Below are positions 26,882 to 40,000 of a stretch of 64,000 nucleotides of DNA, piece by piece. The translations under genes were made by a program, and so were the position numbers. The notes beneath the pieces were generated by a model that did not search any database, was not told the origin of the DNA, and worked only from the letters and a program-made list of their open reading frames with translations. Positions within the stretch are counted from its first letter, which is position 1. The number at the start of each line of letters is the position of its first letter. Source of the stretch: Welwitschia mirabilis (taxonomy: Eukaryota); assembly GCA_051453625.1 (NCBI GenBank), contig JBOZIK010000001.1, positions 18,135,247 through 18,199,246 on the forward strand, given 5' to 3'.

Positions 26882-27619
26882 CCAAGTTATTAAACAGAAG
26901 GATTTATCAAGGCACTTAGGCTTAGGTTTAGCCCTTTGAAAGCAACACAAGAAGTTAGGACAAGAGAGGTTCCTCCTTCTCCTCATCATCTCTCACATCA
27001 AACTCCTCCTAGGAGTATCTTCAAAAGAAGAACTACTTTATAAAGGACCCCTATTCTAGAGGAGATTACTAGGCATGGCAACCCTAGCTAGAAAGGAGCA
27101 ACTCTACTTCTAGGCTATTTAGAGGAGACATATTTACCCTTGACGTAACAAAAGATAACTTAGGAGTCTAAGCCTGGCATAGCTCAGGAACTAGCTTAGG
27201 ATCAATCATCATCCAACTCTCAGAAGTAAGGTAGGCATGGTCAGATATCCTCTACTCTAGCATCAGGCCCTAGCTTTTCTTATAACTCGAATTCAAACTT
27301 TTTCCTAGTAGAAATCCTGCTTCAATCTTAAGAAGACATTAACATGAATGCTGTTCGATGGGAGGTTCTACTAGCAACCATTTAATATCTGAAGAGATAC
27401 CCCTTTATCACATTAGGACTCTCTTATAAAGCCCTCCATCAAGCTAGCAAATCAAGCTATAGGAATAAAGCCCTAATTCTATACTCAAACAAAAATCCAG
27501 CAGGTGTTAAATAATTTAAGAAGATAAATCAAGCATTTGATATTTTCTTTGATGATATGGGTAGATTCTTTTTTGACCACAATTATGATAAGGTGTTTCC
27601 ATTTTATGGAGGGCTCTAA
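26882..27619 (+). pseudogene. L1-borne extra reading frame: P/S/Q-rich linker plus C-terminal DnaJ (J) domain
   Basis: 27398-27577 translates to YPFITLGLSYKALHQASKSSYRNKALILYSNKNPAGVK*FKKINQAFDIFFDDMGRFFFD. This matches J-domain spacing (PY..LG......IK.AYR.LAL..HPDKNP....FK.IN.AY..L.D...R..YD). Confidence 0.75.
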
Positions 27620-27920
27620 TCCTCCTCCCTTAGGTCTATTCCTTATTAAAATTAAGTTTTTTTTTTTTTAACTCTTGGTATCAAGAGGCATTTTTGCCCC
27701 TAGTCTATTAGAAGAATAATGTTTTTCTTCTTTCATGCATTTACTATTCCAGATAGGCAGTTCCTCGTGACTGTGTCGCTAAGGGGATGGTTTCACCTCC
27801 ATTTTTATTTTATTTCATAGTTATTTCTTCAACAATTAGTGAAATAACCCTTTTTATAAATAGTTTAATTGTTCTATCATTTGTAGGTGTTATTACCACC
27901 TAATGTACATTTTCTAGTTT

Positions 27921-27946
27921 TATATATATATATATATATATATATA
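27921..27946. repeat. (TA)n tract at the LINE 3' end
   Basis: TA run lies at the junction where X sequence resumes. Confidence 0.9.
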
Positions 27947-28199
27947 CACTTTTTTTTTTAAAAAAAGGGTATAGTACAAATATCATTTTCATGGATTAAC
28001 TCTACACATACATGTAAGAACTTTGAAAGAATATGAGGATGTAATTAGAAGAGTATAAATGTTTAAAGTTATATTTGGTTCATCCTATTACATTTCTATA
28101 CTTTTCAAGAGTCCAAAGCATTAAAATCATTATAATAAGAAGAAGTATTTTGTTCAACTAGATAAGGATTAATATCATGAACTTTATGAATAAAATTAG

Positions 28200-29736
28200 T
28201 ATTATTATTGTTCCTTGGTAATTCCACAGTGTTAGAAATATACAAGTGAACTATTATGTTACTTAAACAAACTTTCATGTAACTATTTTTATAATTAATA
28301 AGAGTGTTTGAAATTGCTAGAAAATGTCTACCTAAAATAACTAGAACTAAATTATACTTTATTAAATTTATTTATAACATAATGAAATTAACTAGAATGT
28401 ATTAATTATCTATTCAAGTAGTTACATATTTAATAATTCCTAATGATAATTTTAATAAGTTATTTATTAACTACAATTAGATTTTTTTCTTTTTAAGATT
28501 ATTAAGGTCAAGTTTTTGTAAACCAAGTGGGGTGAAAGATTCACGCTTACTTCTAGACCTAATAAGGCTTGCTTAAGATGTTTATCTCTAATTATAGTAG
28601 TGATTGTAAGGAAACCCGAATATTTATAATTTAAGGGAATTTAGTCTTTCATGATTGCACTTGTCTACTAGGATAGAAATGTCTTTTTCTTAACATGAAT
28701 TTTCCTCTTGATTGTACACATACCTTTTAGGAATTTAGCATAAGAGGGATTGTTTTAAATAATGTTTAATAATATCATGTTGATGTTAACCTCTTTAAAA
28801 ACCTCTAAGACTTATAATTATTTATTTAAAATGTTTTCTTCCTTATGTTATTGTGGAAATGATAGATATTCTTAGTAATTAGGTAAAGTCATTTCTAGAG
28901 TTTCATCCTTCTCATTATATTCTATTAGAGTTACTTCTTCTTTAGTAGCATTTTGTTCAAATTAATTATTAAATTCTTTTCCACTTCTAAGATGAATGAC
29001 CCTAGTTTTTTTTATTTGCTTAGGCTCTAATCCTTTTATGAATATAACTTATTTTAGGTTTAGCTATGAGCTCATGGGAATTTTACTAGATTATCTATGA
29101 TTTAAAGAAGAGAGAATTTTAATGGTAAATTTCTTAAATCTATTAAAAGAGTAAGTATGTTGATGTGTAGTGTGTTCTAGATTACTCAAGGAGGAGGAAT
29201 GTTACTTAAGAGTTTATTCAAGATTACAAATAGTTTGGATTTGATTATGGTTAGTTTAGACTACCTTATAATTATTTTGAACTTGGGTTTCTATGAATTT
29301 CCTTAATGATTCCTCTAATAGAGTAGATGATAAAGGTTGTTATTAATTTTATAATGATAGAAATGGATTTCTTAATTAACTAGCATGGTTTTAATCATAG
29401 GAATTATCTTATCTCCAAGAAAACTTGGGATGGTTCCTCCACTTAGGATTGTAAGTATTTAAATATAGATCATTTTTCTATTTTTCCACTAGTGTCTTAT
29501 GGCATTAACTTATTCTTTTATAGTATTTTAAAATATGAATATATAGGAACACTCACTTGTTTCATGGGAGTTTAGGTAGTATATGAGACATTGAGATTTG
29601 AATGTTGATTATTTAGATGAATTGGAAAGGGGTTATACTCTTCTTAATAGTTCATCTATTAAGTTATTAATGTCAAAGTTATTAAGCACTCTAAAAATAC
29701 TTATGGATCTAATGGATGATTGGGATATAGGTGGTT
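28200..29736 (-). pseudogene. Athila-like gag C-terminal part and aspartic protease, X unit 1
   Basis: NTYNPKWRNHPKFSW, IHLRSGK, IPSYAKFLKGMC, ALLGLEVSVNL (decayed DLGAS) and IILGRHFLA. Confidence 0.85.
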
Positions 29737-31310
29737 TGTTGGAAAATCTAGTTTTGATCATTCCACTTATCAAATATTTCATGTATTTATAAAGATGGGT
29801 TATTGCAAAGTAAAATTAGATCATCATAAGCATAAGATGATGTTAGAACCTCAAGATAATATCTCATGAGAAGGATCTATTAAAGATAAAAATTAGTTAT
29901 TTAAAGACATCTAGAAAATTAAAGACATTTCAGGTAAAGATGTCTAGAAATTTGAAGACATCTTAGATGTACTAAAATTTAAGCCATATGCTTAAGATAA
30001 TTATCTCATCAAAGATAACTATTCTAAAAGTTAAACCTAACAGAAATAAAAACATCTACTTGTTTGAAGATGGCTATACTAAGCTAAAATAGGTAATAGA
30101 TTTAATTTAGTTTTTGACTAATATCTTATGTTTTAGATGAGCTATTAACTTATACATCATGGATTCATGATCACAAAGGTCGAAGGATTATATAGAGTAA
30201 GTTTCATCAAAGTCTAGGTAAGTTCACTAAAAATGTCTACAAGATAAAGACATCTAACTATTAGTAGACATCTATAAAATTGAAGAGGTCTTAGATCAAA
30301 GTTTATGTCGATAAAAATAAAAAGTATGCACTTGATGCCTAGACATTTCCTATTTGTTACATAATGGTTACAAAGTTAAATGGATACCTTTCAAGTCAAA
30401 TGACTAGATCTTATTCAATGATATAAAGGCTCGACATCATAATACAAATCATAACTTTTGGAACTTTAATGAACACATAGCTCTTAAACTTTTAGCACTC
30501 AATGATGATATCAAATATAGAATGAAGATTGCATGGGTGAACGAAACATCTCATGAAGGATCATAAGCATAATTTGCAAATGAGCTTACATAATCTACAT
30601 CATTCATTCTTACATCCCTTATTATATCATTTATCTATACTTGTGAAAACTATAAAAACAGGGAACTCAAGTTTTCTTTAAAGCTACATCTTTTAGGATT
30701 ATTTTTTAATTGTATTTTTAATTATACATTGTTATACTATCTTATTAATGAATATTGTTGTAAGTCCATTATTAAATCAATATCTTTAAAAGGAAACACT
30801 TGTATGATTGTGTGTCTAAGATAGTGCTTATGATTAATTACTTATTATAAGGTTACTGGTAAGCCAGAAAACCATTATTTACTTATAGATGAAAGAGTGC
30901 TATCTTACAAGGAGACTCTTATTATTGTAAGGTTTGTGATGTACTTGTGAAAACCAATATTCCTTTATGAGTGAGAGAATGCTATCTTGCGAGAAGATTC
31001 TAACTATTGTAAGGCTTGTAATACACCTGTGAAAACCACTATTTCCCTATGGGGAAGAGAATTCTATCTTACAAGAAGACTCTCACTTATTATAAGTTTG
31101 GTAATGCACTATAAAACCACTATTTTCTTATAGATTAATAATATCTAGAGGTGTAAGTAAAAGCTACCATCTATGTATGAACATACGAGGGTGGAAAACC
31201 AAAATATCTTAGTAAGGTATATTATTGTGCATATTTCATTCTATTATTAGGTTAAATTTTTTATTTGGTAGAATTAATTCACCCTTCCCCTTTGAGTTTA
31301 ATGATCCTTA
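29737..31310 (+). repeat. 5' LTR of B
   Basis: Direct repeat of 48730-50284, with AGACATCT/AGATGTCT motifs and ~80-bp tandem repeats at 30845-31135. Confidence 0.9.
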
Positions 31311-31312
31311 AG

Positions 31313-31324
31313 TGGTATCAGAGT
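31313..31324 (+). promoter_or_regulatory. PBS (tRNA-iMet) of B
   Basis: TGGTATCAGAGT directly after the LTR. Confidence 0.9.
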
Positions 31325-31369
31325 GGTTACTCACAAAAAGGAGTAACTTTCTTGAGTGAACAATAAAAG

Positions 31370-32100
31370 GGGTGCCATCCATTAAACCTCTACTCTTTAA
31401 TGGAATAAATTATGCTTATTGAAAGATGAGGATATGCATATTCTTATAGTCTTTTGTGTTTTAGATATCGCAAAGCATAAAAGAAGGATATGTAGATTGA
31501 ATAAAAACCACAATAGACACTACCAACAATACCATTACATAGATTAAGAAATAAAGGTTGAAAAGACAAAGAAAAAGTTGCTTTTATGTATGATTCTAAA
31601 GCTAAAAATGCACTTTATTTTGTTTTAACTATAGAAGAATACAATAGAATAATAGGTTGTAAGACATCATAAGGAATTTTAAATTTTATTATTGGAACAC
31701 ACAAAGAAACTTTAGTTGTCAAATAATCTAAGCTTCTCATATAGATGAATCAATTCAAAAATCTCAAGATGAATCATGGAGAAATAGTTCACAAATACTT
31801 TATTAGAGTTTTAAACATTATGAATGTAATATGTGGCATTGAATAATATCTTCTAGAAGTAAAGGTAATACAAAAGGTTATTAGATCACTAATCCCTAAA
31901 TATAGGCCTAATAATATAGTTATAAAATGGTTAAGAGATTTTAACACCATGAAGATAGAAGAGTTACAAAGTGCTCTTATAGCTTATGAGATAAATCTCA
32001 AATAAGATGAAGCCTTAAAAAAAAAACCTAATGCTATTAAGATAAGTAAAAGTACAACATAGAATTTAAAAGGGAAGGTAAAAAAGAATAGAAAGAGGAT
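31370..32100 (+). pseudogene. gag: Copia gag N-terminal part of B
   Basis: LLFNGINYAY*KMRICIFL, DSKAKNALYF and MKIEELQSALIAYE. Confidence 0.85.
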
Positions 32101-35100
32101 TATTGAGTTATGTTATCAAGTTAATGTCAAACTAACATATATTTGTGCAAGTTAAATATGTTGTAAATTTGTTAGATTAATAAAGTTTTATATGTTAGAC
32201 ATAAAATTGGTTTTTTTCTTAGATTTCATTCTTTCTTAAAAAGACTATCAACTTTGATAAGAGATTGATTGGATTCAAGAAGGATTTGACTAAACCTAGA
32301 TAAATGGGATCAACTAGACCTAATAAGGGGTTGACTAGACCTAGATAAAGGCAGTCAACCAAATTTTACATGGGGTTAACCAGATTATGAAATGTAAGCA
32401 AATTGGATCAACTAGAAGAAAAAGGATTTGACTGAGTTAACTAACAGTAATTAATCAAGTCAACTAGATCCTTTAAGAGGTCAACCAGTCATAGCAGAAG
32501 CTAAATGTTTCAGACTATTTTCTAGGTACTACTCCTTCTATTTCTAGTTATTAAAGTATTAGATTTGCTTTTTAATTTTTTAAACCTATTTCCTATACAA
32601 ATGAATGAATATAAATCTTTTTTATGGTCAATTATCTAGAAGAAAAACACATTTATATTATTGATACCTAGTAGTCAAAAGCAATCTACTACACTGTATG
32701 GGTTTATACATGTGAACTACTTTTTAAGAAGTGTACTCCATTATTGTTGTACTTTAGATCTAGTAAACCTAGTGCTTTCAAGAATAGTATCCTCACTAAA
32801 ATCTTTGCTCTATAAATGTTGAGATTAGGCCTCAAAAGTCCTCTTGCAAAGGTTATAGGTTGACTTAGAAATCTAAAAAGATAGAAATAAGAATACAATA
32901 TTAGGATTGAAGCTGATATCCAAGAATGGAGTAGTAGAATTTCCCTAAATCACTATAAATCATTTTGTCTAATGTAATTTTTTAGTATTTTCATTTTAGT
33001 TATTTTCTTGAGCTTTCAATCATTAAGATTCTTCTAATATAATCTTGTCTTTTTTTCCAAATATATTACTATCTTATTATGAATATTTTTAAGGGTAATA
33101 TCTTCTTATAAAACCTATTTATCCCCCATCTAGATTTGTAGATATTTTATTTGATATCAAAACAGGTTGAGTCAATAGTAGATTTTAATAAATCTTAACT
33201 CATAACCTTATCCATAAGTAATCCCTCAGATGAATCCTCTACTAGAAGGTCATCGTTATTTGATGAAATCAACTATGCTTATTGAAAGACCAAGATGAGA
33301 ATTTTCCTTAGGTCTCTTGATGTTGACATGGAAGAGGTAATTTACAATTGGTATGAACAACCTACAATGACCAAAAAGGATAGTAGTGGAAATACCAAGG
33401 CCATTATGAAATGGAGAGATCAGTGAACTTCTATTAATAAGGATAACACAACTATTGATGACCATGCTCTTAATGCTATTTTTAGTACACTTTGTATAGA
33501 GGAATTCAAGAGGATTGTAAATTGCAAATTTACCAAAGATGCATGTGATATTCTTGAAATAGTTCATGAAGCTACTTCCATCGTAAAATAATTAAAATTG
33601 TATATTCTCATCTCAAGTTCGGAGATACTCATATGGAGGAGGAAGAAACTCTTCAAAAATTATTTACCAAGTTGATAGATATAGTGAACTCAAAAGTGGT
33701 AAGAAAAGTAAGAACATCAACTTGATGGCCATAGATAAACTACAAGGTAATCTTCAAACTTAAAAATTAAAATTTTCTAAATATAAGAAGAAGAATCTTA
33801 CATTAAAAAGTATGCAAGAGGAAGCCAAATTTGAAAGATCAGATGATAACCTTGACAGGGATGATGTTATTAAAAAAAATTTATATAGGAGAAGAATAGA
33901 GGGGAAATCAAGTAAGGGATCTAGAAGGAGTCAATCTAAGCTAAAGAGAGATTAAGATAAATCAAAAGAGATCTAGCGTTATGCATGTAAATGATATCAA
34001 CATGTTATGAATAAATGTTCAAATAAAAAAAGGAATCAAAGAAAATATAAGAGACCATCCTTTATGGCTAATTGGAATAACATGAAGGAGGAAGAAGGTA
34101 GCAGCTCTGATCAAGAGTTAGAGGGAGATAAATGACTCTTTTTCATGATAATAGTTTCATTCTTAAATGAGGTTCATTATTCAACTAAACTAGATAATTT
34201 AGATATCATAAAGGAAGGATAATAAAAAAATAGAAGATACCTATCAAGAGTTAACTGAGAATGTAAAAATTAAAAAAAAATAGTAAAGTCTTTAAACAAG
34301 GAAAAGGAAGCTTTGGAAGCTAACTATAAAAAAAATTTCAGAAAAGAATATGGAGCTGACTCAAGAGATAAAAAGTTTGTTTCACTTTATAAGAAAATTT
34401 TTTGATAGTTCTAGCTAATTAGAACATATTCTTGAAATAGAAAAATCGGTCCATGATAAAAGAGGTATTGCATTCACTTCCAAAAAATCATCTGCTTTTT
34501 TAGATTAAATAACATGCTAAAATAATAATTTCATTTCAAAGATTACCCATTATTTTCATGGCAAAAATAGGTTACTCAAATATTTTGCAAATTCAAAAGG
34601 TTATGCTTGTTTTAACTCATATAATTACTTTTTCTTTTAAATTTTTTTCTAAAATTTCTACATCATAATAATCCAATAAAATTATATGGGTAAGAGCTAA
34701 CAATTTTAAAAGATTATTGATTCAAATAGCTTTCAAGATTAGTAGCAGAACTTATTGGTACTTGGATAGTGGATGCTCTCATCATGTGACAAGTAACAAG
34801 TTAAGATTCCAATGCTTAGATGACTTTGATGGAGGGGAAATAACCTTCGATGATGAAGTAAAGGCAAAAATTGAAGGAATAAAAATCATTAGTGGAGGTA
34901 ACATGCCTAAACTTAATAAAGTTTTTTATGTAAATGGCCTTAAACATAATTTACTTAGTATTAGTAAAATTTGTAATAAAGGTCATAAAGTTGTTTTATT
35001 ATCAAAAGTTTAAAGTCATGCATGGTAGAATAGATGAAGTTCTTCTTAAAGTAAATAGAATAAATAAAAATATTGATCAATACTCTTCTATTTGTCATTT

Positions 35101-37031
35101 TTCTCAAATTAACCAAGAATAATTATGGCATTAATGATTAGGTCATGTAAACTATGATCAACTTAAAATCATCATCAAAAAGGAAATTGTAAGAGGTATT
35201 ATGTGATGCTTGCTAAAAAGAAAAATAAATAAGAACCTCCCATAAAAGTAAAAACTTAGTCTCCACAATAATGCCCCTTAAACTTATCCATATGAAGTTG
35301 TGGATCCTTTCCAAAATAAAATATTTATATGAAAAATATATTTTTTAGCAATGATGAATGACTATTATAGGTTTAATTGTATTGTATTCCTAGGAAATAA
35401 GACTAAAACTTTTAAAAGATTTATTGAAATCTACAACCAAATTCAAAATAAAAAGGGATATTCAATTAAATGAATTAAAATTGATAATAGAGGAGAATTT
35501 AAAAATGATCTTTTTAAAAAATATTATATGGACAATGGAATAGAACATGAGTTTTTAGCATCAAAAACTCAATAAAAAATGGGATATTAGAAAGAAAAAA
35601 TAGGGTCCTTTAAGAGATGGCAAGAATAATGTTAAATCATAATGAGGTACTAAAAACTTCTTGGGTTTAAGTAATAAGTACTACATGTCATATTATTAAT
35701 AGAGTGTATCTAAGATCTAATATGGATAAAACTCCCTATGAGCTATGGAAAGAACGAAAATCAAATGTGTTTTATTTTAAAGTCTTTAGAAGTAAGTGCT
35801 TTATTTGGAAAGATAGAAAACATTTAAGTAAGTTTGAGTCTAAGGTAGATGAAGTAACTTTTCTTGGATACTCAACAAGAAGTAGAACTTGTAGGATCTT
35901 CAACACATGAAGTCTAACAATAGAAGAATCCATAAATGTATAAATTAATGACAATAATCCCAAATCACTATCTACAAGTAATGAAGAGGATCTCTTACAA
36001 AACTTTACAAATAATAAGAAAGTTATAAGTAAAAAGGAAAATGAAACAACATAAAAATCAACTCCCATACATTTCAAAGAAATAAAAGATTATCCTCTTG
36101 ATTTATTTACTAGAGATGAAAATTCAAGGATGTACATTAGAAATTCTCTTAAAACTTTTTGTGCTCACATTTGCTATGTGTTTCAAGTTGAACCTAAAAA
36201 ATATGAAGAGGTTAAAACTCATGAAAAGTGGATAATGGTAATGTAAGAGGACTTATAAAAGTTTAAAAGAAATGATGTTTGAAAATTTATTAAAAAAGCT
36301 AAATGATTATAATGTAATTAGAACAAAGTAAATTTTTAAGAACAAATGTGATAAATGCAAGTAGAGACACGTGGTAGGGGTAAATGAACTGAACAAAGTG
36401 ACCACACTATAGGTCTTCAATGGTACGGTGGTTACTAGCCCCAAGTAGCAAAACTTGCTCAAGCAAGAATCAATATTTTTCAAGAAGAATACAAATATGA
36501 AATGAAAAATACCTTGACCTTTTTAGAACAGGTTTAAGTCAAATAGCAATAATTTTAAATAGTTTTTTTCTACACTCTAAACGTAAGGACTTGATCGAAT
36601 AGATATGGAAAATACAAGATTTTTAGTTATAGAAAAAGAAATAAAGGAAAAGAATACTCAATGAAGAGTGAATAAGCATCATTAATATGCATAAATAATA
36701 GATTTCATCTATGCAAATAGAATCATGTGAAAAGTTGTATTCGATAAAATTTGTATGTACAGTTTGGAGGGAGATATTTCATACCAGGGATATAATCAAA
36801 TTGAAGGAATTAATATATGAAACACCTTTGCTCCTATGGCTAGGCTAGATAGAATTACAATGTCTTTTTCATTTATAGCCTTTAAAAATTTTAAAGTTTT
36901 TGAAATGAATGTAAAGAGTGCTTTCTTAAATGATGTTCTTAATAAAGAGATGTATGTAAAGCAACTAAAAGGCTTTATAGATCCTCATAAATCGAATCAT
37001 ATCTATAGAATTAAAAATGATTTAAATAGAT
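32101..37031 (+). mobile_element. Copia/SIRE element C (5' LTR 32101-~33148 plus gag-pol), 3'-truncated within RT
   Basis: LTR start resembles the reverse complement of the A LTR end; degenerate PBS TGATATCAAAAC at 33152. Confidence 0.8.
33215..37031 (+). pseudogene. gag-pol: Copia gag-pol polyprotein (gag, protease, GAG-pre-integrase, integrase, partial RT)
   Basis: LFDEINYAY, YWYLDSGCSHHVT, GLKHNLLSISKIC, LWH..LGHVNY, IDNRGEF, ERKNRVL, KTPYELWK, FLGYS, EPKKYEE, GYNQIEGI, FAPMARLD and MNVKSAFLN. Confidence 0.92.
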
Positions 37032-40000
37032 TAACATACAAGGACAACACCACTTGCATGCTAACTAGGATGCTGATTGGGCCAATATGAAGGATAAATA
37101 TAGAACTCTATTGATGTGGCATCATCCTAACCATCATCCAGATGATCACAAGAACAATCATCTAATTTTATTCAATGTACCAACTTCATCAAACTTCTAT
37201 AATATGTCATGTACCTTCTTGTGTGCTATTAGAATTTCTCATGCATCTATTAGATTTGCTATTGTTATAGTCTATTATTATTAATAAATATTATATTCAC
37301 TCTTAACTTCAATCATCTTTGTTGTATCCAAAATTCCTATGATAGGAGATCGAATGGCCAAATATCTCTCTGATAGTTGTAGAGAGGAATCTTCCTTGGT
37401 GTTGGGCTATGTATCCTTTATTAAGATGCTACTACTTTGTAATAGGATGTTGGTTTGACTTTTAATGAAAATATTATTTTAGTTTTGTTCATATCTTTAT
37501 GAATCTCCCTTATGGTTTATGTTGTTTTTGATTTCGTGATAGCTTCATCTATGATATAGATCATGAGGGAACCTTTATTAAGGTTGAAATCATTAGTTTA
37601 GGATTTTGCATTGCATTTTATATTTCACAAACTAAATCATTACATGTTTTCATATTCTATCTAATGCACTTAATAGCTTAGGTTGGTTTTGGTTAGTAAT
37701 AGTTTCATTGATTGATTTAGGTTATGCAAGGTCAATCTTAGTGATATAGATTTGATAGTTGGATAGATATTGCATTTAAGATAGTTTGCATTTTTATTTA
37801 CATTATGTGTTTACTTTTTTTACATGGTTGATTTTCATTTTTGAACGTTTACTTTATGAAAAGCAATTCTCTAGCTTTGAGTCTAGTTCTTTTGATGTAT
37901 TACAGCATTTGGGTCCACTCCCTTCTATATTAGTGTATTATGTTTATGCATATATTTATGATTGATAGGATTCAATAAAGGATGTAAATATTTACATAAA
38001 TATGCACTACAACATCTTGGCATTATTACTGAGGAAGGCTATAAGATTTTCGAGAATTGTTATTACCTAGACAAGTGCTTTGAGTTTTGATTCAAGTATT
38101 TTTTTATAATAGCATTTTGTTTTTACTATAAATATCGTGATCTTTTATTTTTACTTTTTTTTTAAATTGTTCATTTTTTAAACTGCATTTTTTGAGCCTA
38201 TTATCCTATATATCATTTAGACACCACAGGCAAATGATGGCCTCAAGTTAGGGTTTTCTATTTTTTTTCCCTTTTTAATAGGTTTGTTTTCATTTTTTAT
38301 TATGTAATAAGTCAAGATCATCTACTCTGTCATCTGAACAGCACAAGAAGACAACTAATAGTAGGTTTCTATTCTAGTTTTTAATAATTCTATTTTCATT
38401 TTTCTCTATTTTTTTGTTTTTTATTTTTTGGTTATTCAACATATCATCTTTATGATAAAAAAGATAACAAATAGGAAGACATTTTGATAAGCATGCAAGG
38501 ACATGATAAAATCTAGTGAAAAGCTAAAATATTTAAGGAAGCAAAGCTTAATCAGAAAAATATCAGAAAAGGCTTACTTGATGAAAAATAAAATACAATT
38601 ATGCATACCCCAAGTATGTAAATTTTGAATATTTGAAAAAATGTTTTTCTACTTTTATGATTTTAGAACCAAATTTTTTTCCCAAATAGTAGTAGTAAAA
38701 ATAATAAAATAGGAAAAAAATCATTTTATCCCCTTCTTATTAATGAGAAGCATTACTTAACACAAACATGATAAAATTATCTAGTTTAAATGTGAGCATT
38801 ACTGTAGGAGAAATAATTACTAGAAGAAAATGTGAAAGACAAAAATCTCATAACTTATCTTCTAATGATGATTTAGAACTTAAAACCAAGAATTCTTCTT
38901 ATTCATCCTCCTGATCAACTACTAAGAATAATAATAAAAGACTAGTATGATAATTATTAACTGAAATAAGAGCTAAAAATAAGGAAAAAATAGAAATTTT
39001 AAGAATAATGAAAATAAAATACTTAGAGAAATGTTTCAAGAACAACTCTGGGGATCTTCAAATGATGTTGAGACCAAGACGCCTTTATCTTTTTAAACTT
39101 CTTATTTTTCCCCTCCTTCTTTTCAAATTTTATATGAAAATAACAATGATGACTTACAGTATTTTAGGGGTTCCACTTCATTTAGTCAAACATCCTACAA
39201 TTATTTTAGTGAATTCCAACCATTTTTTATGAGTTATTATGAAGAAAAACCCTCTTCCATGAGCTATTATCAAGAACAACCATCTTCCATGGATGATTAT
39301 GAAGAACAACCATCTTCCATCCAATATCATGGAGAAGATCCATCTACCACAAGTTACTATGAAGAAAGTAATAACTCAATAACAAAAATACTTAAGGAAA
39401 TGAAAATAAGGCAAGAAAGTACAATAAAAACTTAGAAAATTTGATTGAAATGTTTTAGGAAAATTTATTACATATTCAACAATCTCAAGGTTCCTACTAC
39501 ATCCTACTACATCCTACTTTGAGACACATGAGGAGAACTTTAAAATAACAAGTAACAATAATTCTTGTTTTTAATAAATAAAATGAAAGTATGTATAAAA
39601 CTACAACATCAAACTTATTAGGATATGAATAACAAAATAACAACAATAATGATTTAACTCCATTATTTAATAATAAGGATGGAAATGATTATTTCTCATA
39701 TGATGAACTAGGTTATAATCCAATTCAATTCCTATTATAAAATAAAGATGAAACAAAAAAAATTAACTCATGAAAAATCTGAAGATTTTTTAATCCATGA
39801 TAAACATAATGATTACATTTCTCCTTTTAATGAATGTAATTAATTAAAAAATAATAAAATGTAATAAGATGATGAGAATGATGAAGAAGATAATGATGAT
39901 GATATTGAAATATTAGATTATATTCCTAGTTTTCACTTACTTTGTGATAAGGATGAAAGAGTTCAACCTTTAAAAAAAGTTTAACATATGATATTAAGGT

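Larger units (their letters stand above)
6933..27946 (+). mobile_element. Full-length degenerate L1-clade LINE, split by SIRE array A
   Basis: ORF1 and ORF2 motifs occur in order and end in a (TA)n tail at 27921-27946. The flanks (~6932 and ~27947) rejoin to match the uninterrupted site in X unit 2 at ~57070-57110. Confidence 0.85.

Noticed and set aside
27398-27619. Functional host DnaJ gene
   Set aside because: HPD is mutated, there are internal stops, and it lies within the LINE boundaries; reported as a TE-borne relic instead.
30845-31135. ~80-bp repeats as CRISPR or satellite
   Set aside because: Repeated at the same place in the partner LTR (49835-50105); ordinary LTR tandem repeats.
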